Assembly: GCA_051294375.1 (NCBI GenBank)
Contig: CM119263.1
Coordinates: 16,284,532-16,348,531, forward strand
Length of the DNA: 64,000 nucleotides
Direction: 5' to 3'
From: Paraspadella gotoi
Lineage: Eukaryota > Animalia > Chaetognatha
Below the pieces are notes generated by a model. That model ran no database searches. It saw nothing but the letters and a program-made list of their open reading frames with translations, and was not told the DNA's origin. Position 1 is the first letter of the stretch. Each line of letters begins with the position of its first letter. A program made the translations under genes and the position numbers. Positions 36,001 through 50,790 of this stretch are shown here, piece after piece.

Positions 36001-39000
36001 ACTGACAAAGTGAAGTAAAGACTAAAGTAAAGTAAAATGAAGTAAAGTAAAATAAATAATAAAATAAATATTTAAAAAATATATTATTCTGATTGATATT
36101 TAGAATATTTAGGAAAAAAATCCACAAAAATCTCGGATGTAAATTTGGGAATAAATGGCGATAATAAAAGTTTTTAGAGAAAAAAAATTAATCAGAGAGA
36201 GAAAGAGAGAGAAAGCCAAATCGTTTCAGACTAATCAGCAGCGCAGCAGCAGAGGCACCCAGAGAAAAAAGAAATCAAAAGGCAGCAGCAGAAGCAGCAG
36301 GAGAAAAGAGAGAAAAGTAAGAGCCCCTGCAGAGCCAGCTGCAGAGAAAGATATCAAAAAGCAGAAGCAGCAGGAGTAAAGAGAAAAAGAATAAGCCCCC
36401 GCAGACTGCTGCAGACTCATTTTTTTCCTCCTTTCTCTATAAATCAGTGATTAGGGAAAAGAGACATGTATTAAAAGAGAAAAGAGAGAGAGAAAGAAAT
36501 ATAAAAATAAAAGAGAAAATTTGTTTCTTTGATAAAACGTAAACAAAACATATTTAATAACTGTCCAGACTCATTTTTAAGCTATCGATGATGAGTAGCT
36601 GTATATAAATTTTCAGCTTCATACACCCAAATTTGATCATAAAAAAGGTGATCTATAATTTGGAATGCCGACGACGACGCCACTTATGCGCAAAAGTGTT
36701 ACAATATCGTCGCAAACGCTAAGCGATTGCAACAATAAAAATCTTAAAAGCATAAGATCGTCGCAATAGCATAAGAAAAATCTGGATTGACGACAAATTT
36801 TGATAAAAAAAAAAAAATTTGAGAAAAGAAGATAAATTATAAACAAAGTAAAAATTCTATTTTGCAATTGTCAATAAAAAAAAAAATAATAAAGTATGGA
36901 AGAAAATTAAAGTTAGTTTCTGAAAAATAGCAAAATGATAACATGCACGAATGCGATGCTTAATTTTACGAGTTCAATCCTAATTCAAATTTTTTTAAAA
37001 ATAAAAACGGAGAGAGAGAGAAAGAAAAAAAAAAGAAATCAAAAGGCAGCAGCAGAAGCAGCAGGAAAAAGAGAGAAAAAGAATAAGCCCCTGCAGAACC
37101 AGCTGCAGACTCGTTTTTTTTCCCTATGAATCAGTGACTAGGGAAAAGAGAGAGGGAGAGAACATATAATTAAAAGAGATAGAGAGAGAGAGAAAGAATA
37201 TGAAATAAAAGAGAAAATTTGTTTTGATAAAATGTAAACAAAACATATTTAATATCTGTCCAGACTCAATTTTAAGCACATCAATGATGAGAAGCTGTAT
37301 ATAAATTTTCAGCTTCATACACCCAAATTTAATCATAAAAAAGGCGATCTATAATTTGGAACGACGACGACGCCACTTATGCGCAAAAGCGTTACAATAT
37401 CGCCGCAATCGCTAAGCGTAAAAATTATGTCCATCTGTCTGTCCATCCCCTTAGGAAAATTCCTCGTGATTGGATGGTTGGATTGGAATGAAATTTTGTG
37501 TGTGGTTAAGAAAGTGTGTGATTGAGCTGGATATAAAGTTTCGATGGAATCGTGCAAGTGGAAAGAATTTTAAATAGAAAAAACATAAGTCACATTTATT
37601 AAAATCTTCTTACCAGTTTTACCCATAATTATTATAATTAATTATTATTGGATGGATAGATTGAAATTTGATTTTGTGTGGGTGGAAAATATGTGACGAA
37701 GCTGGATATAATGTTTCAATGGTATCGCGCAAGTGGAAATGAGTTTAAATGGAAAAAATATATGTCATATTTACATGAATCTTTTTACTAATTTTAACTC
37801 ATAATTTCTCGAATTAATCATAATTGGATGGATAGAATGAGATGAAATTTTGTGTGTGGTAGGAAAGTGTGTGATTGAGCAGAATATAAAGTTTCGATGG
37901 AATCGAGGAGTGGAAATATGTCACTGATAATATTTTAATTAATTAATTAAAGTAAAAAATTGATGCAAGTTGAAAAAATGATGCAAGTTGAAAAAAATGA
38001 TGCAAGTTGAAAAAATGTCAAGTTGAAAAAATGATGCAAGTTGAAAAAAATGATGCAAGTTGAAAAAAATGATGCAAGTTGAAAAAATGATGCAAGTTGA
38101 AAAAAATGATGGACAAGTTGAAAAAATGATGCAAGTTGAAAAAATGACAAGTGAATACAATAAAAATCACTAAAATACTAAAATTTTTTAAAAATATATT
38201 CAAAAATTGTAATTAGCATTAAAAAAAAAACTGCCTTGATCGGATTTTATTGACCTACCATATAAATGTCTCATGGGTTTACTTTAAAATATTATAAGTT
38301 TCAGAGATAACATTTTTTTATTTTTTTCAAATCCTCTCTGCCTTACGGAGTTCAAATTTAGCTTACAGATAAAAAATCTTAAAAGCAAATGGATCGTCGC
38401 AATCGCATAAGAAAAATCTGGATTGACGACAAATTTTAATACTAAAAAAAATAAAATATAAGAAAAAAAATTAATTTATAAATAGAAAAAAAAGAAAGAA
38501 TAATATAAGAAGGAATAAAAAGGAAAGAAAGAATAAAAAGAAAAGAAAGAATAGAAAGGAAAGAATAGAAAAGAAAGAAAAACAATTTTGATACTAATTA
38601 AAAAAATCAAATTTGAGAAAAGAAAATTAATTAATAAACAGGAAAATTTATTTTGCAATAGTCGATTAAAAAAAAAATACCGAGAAAATTAAAGTAGTTT
38701 CTGAAAAAAAAATTTTTTTAGTTGTCAAATAAACTGATCAGCAGTCGCAGCCCCTGCAGAGCCATCTGCAGAATCGTTTTTTTTCCGGATGATCAGCACT
38801 AGGGAAAAAAGAGAGAAAGAGCTACAGATAATTTAAAGCGAAAAGAGAGAGAAGGATACATAAAAATAAAAAGAAAGAAAACAAAAGGCAGCAGAAGCAG
38901 TAGGAGAAAAGAAAGAAAAAGAAAAAGCCCCTGCAGAGCCAGCTGCAGACTCGTTTTTTTTGATGAATCAGCCTGGGGAAAAGAGAGAGAGAGAGAGCTA

Positions 39001-39125
39001 TATCTAATTAAAAGAGAGAGAAGGATACATAAAAATAAAAAGAAAGAAAACAAAAGGCAGCAGAAGCAGTAGGAGAAAAAAAAAGAAAAAGAAAAAGCCC
39101 CTGCAGAGCCAGTGCAGACTCGTTT
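33100..39125 (-). repeat. Inverted near-identical copy of ~49160-55130, probable assembly artefact
   Basis: Reverse-complement match across unique sequence (e.g. 33212-33290 versus 54967-55041; 34201-34300 versus 53950-54058). Differences are mostly 1-nt indels and are densest near the gap at 33100. Confidence 0.9.
37960..38150. repeat. 18-19-nt minisatellite (TGATGCAAGTTGAAAAAA)n
   Basis: About ten tandem units here, about five in the mirrored copy at ~50146-50245; no unique spacers. Confidence 0.9.
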
Positions 39126-39231
39126 TTCTTTCTTTTTATTTTTATGTATCCTTCTCTCTCTTTTAATTAGATATAGCTCTCTCTCTCTCTCTTTTCCCCA
39201 GGCTGATTCATCAAAAAAAAAAGAGAGAGAT

Positions 39232-42200
39232 AAACCTCTCGTCCGATAAAGAGCGTAGCAAAGGCGAAGGTCTTTCAAGTTATTAGTTTGATTCTGGGCG
39301 ACGAAATTCATATCATATTCTTGTTTGAGTGGAATTGCTAAAGAAAAAAAAGGAAATTTCTACTTTCCAGCCGAATGGGGTTTCCTGCTTCTTTTTAAAA
39401 TAAAATGTAAAAATACAGATATTTAAAAATTCTATTATTTTAAATTACCTAACCCTAAAGCCCCTTAACCTAAACACACCCTAACTCTAAACCAACCTAA
39501 ACCACCACTCCTAACCCCAGTCGCTGAAAGTAAAATTATTGCCGGTAACCCTTTTCATTTTTTTAACGTGCATATTATGCCTACTAAAGATATAACCATA
39601 TAAAGTACACTAATGAACAATGTGATTAATACTAACTGAATAAACTTAATCTTTTTTTGACTCTAAGTTGCGCTTAAAAATGATTTGGCGATTATTAAAA
39701 TATCAAATATAAAAAGAAGATAATTTTACTTAAAATGTACATATTTTTGAATAACGTAAAGATTCCAGTTTCAAAATCATAACCGAAGCAGAGAAAAGAC
39801 AAGCTTTTTCGAAGTTTGCCATGAAGTGTAAATTAATGAAGGCATTAATATTATTTGTTATAAAAACTGGCTCCTCTATCTTATCTATCCACCATTTCCT
39901 GTCCAAATTAGCCGCACAGATACTTATTAATATAATGAATAGACGGTATGAATTTGGTACAATCAAATAAAAATTTTATTTATTATGTCTTGGTTTTAAG
40001 TTTTAAGCATTTACAATTTCGTTACTGCTATTTAGTATTCAGTGATACTTTTATCAGTATCAATTTTATATTTTAGGATAGTCAAAATCAGCTTACATTA
40101 AAATGTAAAATGTAAAAAAACGCCAAAAAAAATTACTTTACTAATGTAGACAAATCCAACTTTTTAATATTACAAATTTCCTACACTGCGTGCGCCAAAA
40201 AAAAGTGTCACTACAGAAAGGCTCATATTTTAAAATGAGATACTTCTACCAAATTAAACCGCGATAGAAATTTATAAGATTTTTTACATCTTAAAGTTTT
40301 AAATGAAATGGAACCTATGTGGGGAATTTTGATATTCACGCCACTGACAAGAGATACAGGCCTTGGGGGTGAACCCCTGGGGGGCCAAAAAGAAACCATT
40401 TTTTTAAAAATTTTTTAGAACATCAAGTGCCATTGATGTTTTAAAACATATAAAACAATTTTAAAAAAATAAAATTGATAATTTCAATAATTAAGCATAG
40501 TTTGAAGAGACATTGTTCATCATTTTCATTTCTCTTATTTTTTTAAAATTAATTCCAAATCTTGTTCATGAAGCTGAAATATTAACAAAATATTTTTGTG
40601 GTAATATAATAACGTTTTGTTGGAAGAGTATAAACATCCAGTGCAACTGTTCAAAACAAAAACAATAAAAAAATTTAAAAACAATTTTTGACAATTTTTT
40701 GCCCCTATGGGTTGACACTCTCCGGGGGCCCATATCTCCACTCCAGGGGTCAAATATTGAATTCGCCTCGATATTGTATTTGCATAATCGATCGGTTCAT
40801 TCCAAATTTCAATAAATTTGGTCGCTGGTAGTTTTTTCGGAACATGTTCTGGTCACAACAAACGGGTACCATCATTTAATAATATGAAGCCTTTCTGGAA
40901 TAACTTTCAAGTATATCATTATTTATTTCTTTTTTAAATTTTGAGAAATATATGTGAATAAGTATAGCTCTTATTACAAGAAAGAATACAGAAAATGAAA
41001 AGAAAGAAATAGAAAGGAAAGAATAGAAAGGAGAAGAGGAGAGAGAAGGCCAAACGTTTCGAACGAATCAGCAGCGGCAGCAACAGAGGCGCACCCAGAA
41101 AAAAAGAAATCAAAGGGCAGCAGCAGGAGAAAAGAGAGAAAAAGAATAAGCCCCTGCAGAGCCAGCTTGCAGATTCGTTTTTTTTCCCTATGAATCAGTG
41201 ACTAAGGGAAAGAGAGAGGGAGAGAGACATGTAATTAAAAGAGAAAAGAGAGAGAGAAAGAAAATATAAAAATAAAAGAGAAAATTTGTTCTTTTGATAA
41301 AACGTAAACAAAACATATTTAATAACTGTCCAGACTCAATTTTAAGCACATGCGATGATGAGAAAAAAAAAGCTGTATATGAATTTTTCAGCTTCAATAC
41401 ACCCAAATTTAATCATAAAAAAAGGCGAAATCTATACAATTTGGAACGACGACGGACAACGTCCCACTTATGCGCAAAAGCGTTACAATATCGTCTGCAA
41501 ACGCTAAGCGATTGCGACAAAAAATTACATTTGTTCTTATTGAAGAGATAGTAATTATTGTTGTGTTAGTGGATGAACGGCGTTCAATATAAGCAGTCCC
41601 TGAGCTTCGATCAGGGCTGATAACAACGCGTATTACAGGCGGTTAAGCGCGCCCGTCCCTCTTAACTGCGGGCGACCCGCCGGGCTAGAACCCGGACGCT
41701 TTGGGTTAGGAGGTAAATGCTTGCCTCCTGCACCAATAGCCGCTAATAACGGTTTGGATTTTAGTCTACCATATTATCATATTTTCTGTACTAATACAAC
41801 TTTGACGTCCTATAACTTCGAACGCTTTGCTTGATTTTAATAGGAATTTGAACCAATCGCTTCATCTTTCAATAAGCTTTGTTTTATGCTTCTATATCTT
41901 TGAGAAAAACAATATTGGATGGCTGAATTTTACAGAGTGATAAAAGTGGCTACCTTTTTTTGCGCCGCAGTGTAATAGTACATATGGAATATAGTAGTAG
42001 TATTAGAGTATGTAGCATATTTCAATTGTTCATTTTAATAAGAGTCGTTTAACCTGGATATTCTTGTTTGATCAACAACTTGTTGCATGTCATCATGAGA
42101 GTTTAGTTGATAAGGAAGCTGTCTCTTAGAGGAACTTTGTTCTCATTTAAATCCCGTTTCTATACGAAATTTTTTTATTTAAAGAATTTCAAGTTAACAG

Positions 42201-45200
42201 ATGAAGACTCATTGTTAGAGAATATATTTACTACGCTATAAACCACTACATACCAGGATTCCTTCGATGTAATTGTGGCGGTAGCGGTGATTTCCATCGC
42301 ATGGTTGATTCATTCTTTATTGGCATTTATTGGTTGTGCTAATACAGTTGATGATGGATTGGTTTTGTTGAATCTTGCATACAGGATAATTGAATTTTTA
42401 ACATTAATTTAATGTCACGGAGTAATAATAATCTAAAAATATTAGTTAAAACAGTACTTACTGGTGCATCATAAATTCTGAGGAACAAACGGTTTCATAG
42501 ATACTGAGGGCAATTGATCAGTGATGTTCTTCTTGTCCGCATCTGAAAAGATAACATTTCGTATTACAAAAAAAATTATTTCTCCGTCTGTTCGTTTTAG
42601 AGCTCTCAGTTGAAGATACTACAGGGACTGTTAATTTGGACTGATTCAAAAAAACTTGTAATATTCGGGTTATCAATTTTTTTCAAATACACAAATAAAA
42701 AATATTGATTTTTTTCCCGCCAATTCATAATTTTAGTAAGGATAGTTGCTGTTATAAACATTTTCTTCCCGAGGGAAAATTTCTGAAGAAACATTTTTTT
42801 ACTTATAAAATTTTTACTTTGAAAGTGGATCTACAGTTACCATTAAAAAAATAAACATTTTTTCATGCTTCATTTTATAATTAATAAGACCACTGTACTG
42901 TAGTCAATGTATCATGAACACTAGATAAAAAAAAATTATAATATGAATAATATTAATAATAATCATCACGTTTTCTTTTTAAAATCTATTAAAAATAAAA
43001 ATTTCAGCTGGGGGGGGAATTACGCGAAATGACTGTTAATAATAATAGTTACGCATAGTAAATAAGTTAGGTTTTATATAAGAATTTTTTTTTCAATAAT
43101 ATACAAATTATCAAACTGACTTTTTTATCACAAATTTTTTTTTTTTATGTCAGATAACTTCACAATCAGCGTTAATCCTTATTAAATTTTAAAAACTGTT
43201 AAAATTTGGATGAAAAAAATGAAAAGCGGACTCCGCGCTTGAGAGAATACTTATTATACTTTTAAGAATTTGAACATTTTTTTAGTTCAAGTAGTTTTCT
43301 AATTAATAAATATTATAAATATAATATACAGTGAAAGAAATTACGAGTTTAATCATATCTTTTTGTATCGGTCAGATTGAAGTCCGTGTCGATAGTAAAG
43401 GTTTAACATTTTAAAACTTCGTCGCTTTTTTGCTTAGCAAGTAACGGTACTATAATAGAGCCCGGATTGCGTCTGTATGGATCTTCGTACATTAAAAACT
43501 AACCGTTTTTGATAAATAAAAATCGTTTAAGTATTATAATATGGTTAAAGCCAAAGCCGAAAATGTGGATCTTCGTCACCTATCTTTTTCCGTCTGGGTT
43601 TTAGTTACTCGACGCCGAGAGAGACACCGTCTCTTAGAAAGAGAGTTAATATGATCTTTGTCAGATCCAGAAGCTGACGATATTAGAAAACCATAGTTTT
43701 AGAGCAAGTTAAACACAAAAAATGAAGCGAACCGTAAATTGCGCTCATAATTACATTCTTTTTCTGATTTAAGTTTTTTATTTTTAGTAAAGAGATGTGG
43801 GGGGAGGAGAATTTTTGTCAGCTAAATTTCAAATTTCTGTTTACTTAGTACAAAATTACCAAGTTTAACTTTAAGATCTGAAATTTGAAGAGTTGAAAAT
43901 TATAACACCTCAACTTCCTTCGGACCAGATTTTCGGTGGTCAGGCTTTCTCCTATCTCGTGCAGGACCCTTTTTATATTCCTCCAGTTTATCATAGGAAC
44001 CTTGAAAGAGAAAAATCCACCGACGACATAACATGGCAATAGTCAATCAGAATCCGACCTCGCAGCCATTTTTTGACCTTGGGATCTCGAAGCAAAGTAG
44101 GCTGGGCGCGCAACAGCTTTCGACTGGCCTTCAACCTTCAACCTCTTTCAAGGTTCATGGATTACTTTCTTTTCTTTCTTTCGGTTTGGGCAAATCGAGT
44201 AAATTGCGAACACGAGGCCACATGAAATTTAATACCATACCTTTTTGCAACATGTCCAGATGCTCCCACAAAATATCGCCCATGAAGGGTGGAACGCGAG
44301 AGAGAAAGTCCTCTTTGGATAAATCGCAGAGAATCTTTCCTTCATGTTACTTTGGATAATTCAACTCCTTCGAGACTGAATTCTTTGATTGCCCAACACA
44401 ACCATTTGACGACTTGAATTTCGGCCCATTCTCGTGGATCTAAAAAGATTTTTAAACGGCGGTCATGAGACATATAGATTAGACTTTTTATCAGATTACA
44501 AATTTTTCAGTTTTAATGGAAGCCACAATCATATTTTTCTCCTTTCCTTTACTAACCTTTCGGGATGCCGTGTATTAACTGTTCTTTTCAAAGCTAGAGA
44601 ATGAAGCCCTCAAAGCGGCCGTCATTTTTTGATTGGTACCGGAGTTAGTGGAGGTATCGAGCTCGAAGTTGAAGGCACGTGGGGCTCTATTAAAGTCGTA
44701 TTCATTAATATTTCACCTTTTGGTGTTTTATTAAATTATTTATATAGGTATGTTATGCAAGGTTTACTAATTCTGCAACATGCTAATAATTAACCTATAA
44801 CCTATTTCCATACTTAGATGATATTAGATTGACTGGAATATTTTTTGATGGAACCTTAACCATTTTAGGTCATAATCTAATTATATTATAGATAGAGGCC
44901 ATATGTTTTTTTTCTTTCATTGCCACGCCAAATTGATATTGTTTAAACTGTTCTATTCTGTAACAGAATTCGTTAAAAAAGTTTCTTTGTACTTTGAAAA
45001 TGGCCCTAGAATCGGGCGCTCTCGCTTTCTCTTTCGCTTCTTTTCCCTGCTGTTTCCTCGCTATATCTAATTCACACTCTTGTGCTACAAAATCCAATCG
45101 AAAACTTCCATACGCGACGAAGTTTTGGCGAAGCGAAAACATTCATTTGAATTTCAAATGATGATCGTGACTGGGATAAAACGATATATTGGCTAGGAAT

Positions 45201-48200
45201 TTAGAAGTACCTTCTGAATTTGTTTCGAGATCATTTTTTTCAACTGCAGGACAGCCATAATTTAAATTCTCTTTATTTCTATTCTTTCTATTCTCCAATT
45301 TTATAATTCTTAACATTACTGATTAAGAGGCTAGGTTCCCCGATAATTAATATAAACTGGACAAAAGGGTGGAGCAATAAAAAAATGGAGACCTGTTATT
45401 TATTGCGTCTGTATATGAAAATGATAAAAGTTCAACCTTTTACAAGTTTTTTGCGGGCAGCAACAGAAATTGTGTTTCTTTATAGTAATATCCTTAATAC
45501 ATAAAATTTAAAAATAATAAAATAATTTTTGAAGGCCAGGGATCAGTCAATTTAAACATTATATATATAACATTATTTAAACTTTATATACTATATTAAA
45601 TACCCCTTTGCCTCTCTCTCGAAAGTATTTCAGAAAAAATGAATGGTTTTTTTTTGCCCAAAATTTTGAATATAAATATTTTTTACTTTTTTTCTCGGTA
45701 AACCGAGAATTTCGAGTAAAAACGGATTCTTAGGGGTATGCTCAATTTTTTTCTTTTGGTAAACCAAGATTTTTAAGTAAAGACTGATTCTATAGCTAAA
45801 GTCAAAAGTTAGATACCTCATAGGGGAGCTAATTTTAAGTTATATTTTGTGTATAGACTTTCGATTTCGTTGTGTTTCGAATTTAGAGAGGAAAACAGTT
45901 TTTGTTTCAACGAGTCTTTAGGACATTTTTCGGACATGTTTCGACTCTACAGTTAGTCTTCATGAGCATTGTGACTATCAATAATTTTTCTCTTTTAACA
46001 TTAAGTTAAAGAAAAGGAGAGAGAGAGAGAGAGAGAGAGAATTAAGAAAGGGATAGTGGTCAGATGTGAGGACAGGTGAAGGCAAGGACAGGGAAGAAGA
46101 AAGTCAGTTGAAATTTGAAATTGAGGGAATTAGAGAGAGAGAGAGAGAAAGAGAGAGAAAATCTTTACATTTGGTAATGTACAACAATGAAAAATGAAGA
46201 TAATTTAGCAAACTTAAAATTGAAGGTTAAACTAATAGTAACAGAATAAATAATAATACACGGTAGGGCAGAGAGGATGTTAAAGAAACAAAAAAAGTGC
46301 CATCTCTGAAACCTATAAAATCTTAAAGTATACCCATGAGACACTTAATGTGGTAGGTCAGTAAAATTCGATAAAGGCAGGTTTTTTTTTAAATGCTCAT
46401 TAAAGTTTTTGAAAATTTTTTATAAAAATTTTAAGTAGTTTAGTGAATATGCTTACAATTTATTGCCTATACATCTATCATTATCTACAGAGCATAAGCT
46501 TTTATTTGAGACTTCTCCCAACTTGGTACAATTTTTTTTTATTGGATTATAAGTAAAAATCATAATTTAAAAAAAATATTTATCAATCAGTTCTTTCAAA
46601 CAGATTATTTCTTAAAAATAAAAGTACAAATATGTTCTCAAAATGCAGTACTACTTATTAGGCTTTAAAAACAATTTAAAAAAAAATTGATTTAAAATTA
46701 TTATAAAAATAAATAATATAAATAATTATTTTTTTTTAATATGTAATATTTAATTAAAACTTAATCTCAAATAAAATAACAGATAAATATTAGCTGAGCA
46801 CTTTAATTCAAAATCATATCTAGTAATTATATATTTTATTACTTAAAAAAATTTATATATAAAATTATATTATAATAATTGCTTACTTAATATTTGATAT
46901 ATATTATTATTAGACAAAAGTATAAAAATATTAACAAACATAATGCTTTAACTTTTAATACTTAATTAGAGTATATATTAATATTTTTTTAATATTTTTG
47001 TAATTTTTAACTTTTATATATTAAAATTATTTAATAAAAAAAACCTTATTTTGAAGCCTAATAAGTAGAACTGCATTTTGAGAATATTTATATTTTTTTA
47101 ATAAATAATCTGTTCAAAGGTACTAATTGATTAATCTTTAAAAAAAATCTAATTTTTATTTATATTTCAATAATGAAAGTAATAGAAAGTTGGGAAAGGT
47201 TTCAAATTAAAGCTTATGCTTTGTAGATAATGATAGACATATAGACATTCAAATTTTAAGCATATTCACTAAACTACTTAAAAATTGTTATAAAAAATTT
47301 GAAAAACTTTAATTAGCATTTAAAAAAAATCCTGCCTTTATCGCATTTTACTGACCTACCACATTAAGTGTCTCATGGGTATACTTTAAGATTTTATAGG
47401 TTTCAGAGATGTCACTTTTTGTTTCTTTCACATCCTCTCTGCCCTACCGTGAATATATATTATATATATATTATATATATTATTATATTTTATTCAAGTT
47501 TGAAATAGTAATTGCAGAGCAATATATTTGATAATTTATTTATATAATTAAATAATTTACATTATGGTGTTCTATAATTATTAATTATGTCTAAAAATCT
47601 ATCGTCCGTTTTATTATTTTGAATTCATGTAACACTTTGTTATTACGTTAACTACGTTTTGTTTGTAAAGTAGTTAATACACATTAATTAAAGATAAACA
47701 ACGACTTAATTCTTTGTGACGATCTCCAAAATAATTAATCAATAAATGGAAAAAAAAAATCAGTAAATGGAAAAATGTTAATTGAACTGCTAGCGAAAAA
47801 GTTTTGGTTATTAATTGCCCAGAGTTAGTGAATGACCTATGTATACTATTATATAGTTTAAAAACTTACCCTGGACTACGCTTTCTTCGTTCGATAAATC
47901 CCCCAAGGACGGAACTCTTCTGACGTGACGCTTTGCATCCTTCGCGACTGACGGGACGGTCACTGAGGGGTAAAGTCTCCCTCGCAAGAATTATGTCGCT
48001 CGAACGTGACGCGCAAATTAGAGCGCGGCGCGCCCAGAACCTCATTCACATCGGAGGAGGAGGAGGAAAGGGATCGAGCGTCACAACGGTTTTTTCGCTA
48101 AAGTTCTGGAAGCGGAGGGGCACGTAGGAGATGCCGACGAGAGCGGCGTCCTATCTCGCTCGCTTAATTTGTCATAGTGCGAAGGATCTGAAACTGAGCG

Positions 48201-49158
48201 GTAGAAGCGAGATCCGTTGGGATTTTGCTCGTTAACTGTCAGGTCGCCGACCCCAAGGTTTGACATCATCGACGTCGAAGACGTCGTAGTCAAGACTGGC
48301 GTCGTTTTCTCCTAAAGAAATTTCACAAAATCTGTATAATGGAGACAATTTCATGCCGAAGATAATCTAAAGCCTCATTGATTACCTATTACTTTAACCA
48401 CGAAATATTAGTTTAGTCATAAATGTTCTGTAGTAGATTAGTAGTAGATAAGTTTGCTCAATAAATTTATCCGTCATACATCAGTGCCAACGTTCGAGTC
48501 ATGTTTACAGAACCGTGGGAATATTTTGACGAAGAACCGGTTTAAACAGAATTCATTTTAAAAAGCTGTTATTATTCGTACCGCTTGATATTTTATAATG
48601 CGATTAGATTACAAACTTACAGGAATTCAAATGAATATTCGGTGTACTTGTGTAGTTATATTATTGTCTGTCGTTCGGTATCAAAATCTCCCACTTAAAA
48701 TGCGTTTAATTTTATCTCTGTTTCATCTTTTCTTTATCTTTGTTAGGTGAAATCAGCTAAATTTAACTTTTTAGTCGGATCTGCTTATGACACGATGAAA
48801 GTTAACGTGGCGAAACTTTCCCATACAACATATTTTTTATCGTCGCAATCGCTTTGCATTTGCACGATTTTGCTGTGGTTTTGTACATAAGTGTCGTCGT
48901 TCTCGTCGGCGTTCCAAATTATAAATCGCCTTTTTCATGATTAATTTTGGCTGTTTGAAGCTAAAAATTTATATACAACTTCTTATCATCAAGGTTATTG
49001 AAATTGGGTGAGGACAGTTATTAAATGTTTTGTTTACGTTTTATCAAAAACAAACAAATTTCGTCTTTTATTTTTATGTCTCCTTTTCTCTTTCTTTCTC
49101 TTTTAATTAGATATAGCTTTCTCTCTCTCTTTTCCCCAGGCTGATTCATCAAAAAAAA
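39232..49158 (+). repeat. Direct near-identical copy of ~23213-33074 (ETS 5' exons with frameshifts), probable assembly artefact
   Basis: Collinear match including all repeats and ETS exons. Many 1-nt indels at the left end fade to near identity by ~45000. The PNT exon copy (~44240-44440) is frameshifted. Confidence 0.9.
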
Positions 49159-49642
49159 CGAGTCTGCAGCTGGCTCTGCAGGGGCTTTTTCTTTTTCTTT
49201 CTTTTCTCCTACTGCTTCTGCTGCCTTTTGTTTTCTTTCTTTTTATTTTTATGTATCCTTCTCTCTCTTTAATTAGATATAGCTCTCTCTCTCTCCTTTT
49301 CCCCAGGCTGATTCATCAAAAAAACGAGTCTGCAGCTGGCTCTGCAGGGCTTTTTCTTTTTCTTTCTTTTCTCCTACTGCTTCTGCTGCCTTTGTTTTCT
49401 TTCTTTTTTTTTTATGTATCCTTCTCTCTCTTTTCGCTTTAAATTATCTGTAGCTCTTTCTCTCTTTTTTCCCTAGTGCTGATTCATCGGAAAAAAAACG
49501 ATTCTGCAGATGGCTCTGCAGGGGCTGCGACTGCTGATCAGTTTATTTGACAACTAAAAAAATTTTTTTTTCAGAAACTAACTTTAATTTTCTCGGTATT
49601 TTTTTTTAATCGACTATTGCAAAATAAATTTCCTGTTTATTA

Positions 49643-49667
49643 NNNNNNNNNNNNNNNNNNNNNNNNN
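49643..49667. other. Assembly gap (25 N), overlapping/negative gap
   Basis: GTTTATTA occurs on both sides of the gap, and the mirrored copy (~38625-38650) is contiguous across it. Confidence 0.95.
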
Positions 49668-50790
49668 GTTTATTAATTAATTTTCTTTTCTCAAATTTGA
49701 TTTTTTTTAATTTAGTATCAAAATTGTTTTTCTTTCTTTTCTATTCTTTCCTTTCTATTCTTTCTTTTCTTTTTATTCTTTCTTTCCTTTTTATTCCTTC
49801 TTTATATTTATTCTTTTCTTTTTTCTATTTATAAATTAATTTTCTTTTCTTATATTTTATTTTTTTTTAGTATTAAAATTTGTCGTCAATCCAGATTTTT
49901 CTTATGCGATTGCGACGATCCATTTGCTTTTAAGATTTTTTATCTGTAAGCTAAATTTGAACTCCGTAAGGCAGAGAGGATTTGAAAAAAATAAAAAAAT
50001 GTTATCTCTGAAACTTATAATATTTTAAAGTAAACCCATGAGACATTTATATGGTAGGTCAATAAAATCCGATCAAGGCAGTTTTTTTTTTAATGCTAAT
50101 TACAATTTTTGAATATATTTTTAAAAAAATTTTTAGTATTTTTAGTGCATTTTTTCAACTTGCATCATTTTTTTCAACTTGCATCATTTTTTTCAACTTG
50201 CATCATTTTTTTCAACTTGCATCATTTTTTTCAACTTGCATCAATTTTTTACTTTAATTAATTAATTAAAATATTTATCAGTGAGCATATTTCCACTCCT
50301 CGATTCCATCGAAACTTTATATTCTGCTCAATCACACACTTTCCTACCCACACACAAAATTTCATCTCATTCTATCCATCCAATTATGATTAATTCGAGA
50401 AATTATGAGTTAAAATTAGTAAAAAGATTCATGTAAATATGACATATATTTTTTCCATTTAAACTCATTTCCACTTGCGCGATACCATTGAAACATTATA
50501 TCCAGCTTCGTCACATATTTTCCACCCACACAAAATCAAATTTCAATCTATCCATCCAATAATAATTAATTATAATAATTATGGGTTAAAACTGGTAAGA
50601 AGATTTTAATAAATGTGACTTATGTTTTTTCTATTTAAAATTCTTTCCACTTGCACGATTCCATCGAAACTTTATATCCAGCTCAATCACACACTTTCTT
50701 AACCACACACAAAATTTCATTCCAATCCAACCATCCAATCACGAGGAATTTTCCTAAGGGGGATGGACAGACAGATGGACATAATTTTTA

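Noticed and set aside
37939-38203. Regular 18-19-nt repeats resembling a CRISPR array, with repetitive ORFs
   Set aside because: No unique spacers, no cas genes, eukaryotic context; a minisatellite.
39232-48312. Frameshifted second ETS (PNT-only) copy as a pseudogene or dominant-negative paralog
   Set aside because: Indel-only divergence with a positional gradient, 25-N gaps and an adapter-like junction indicate an assembly artefact.
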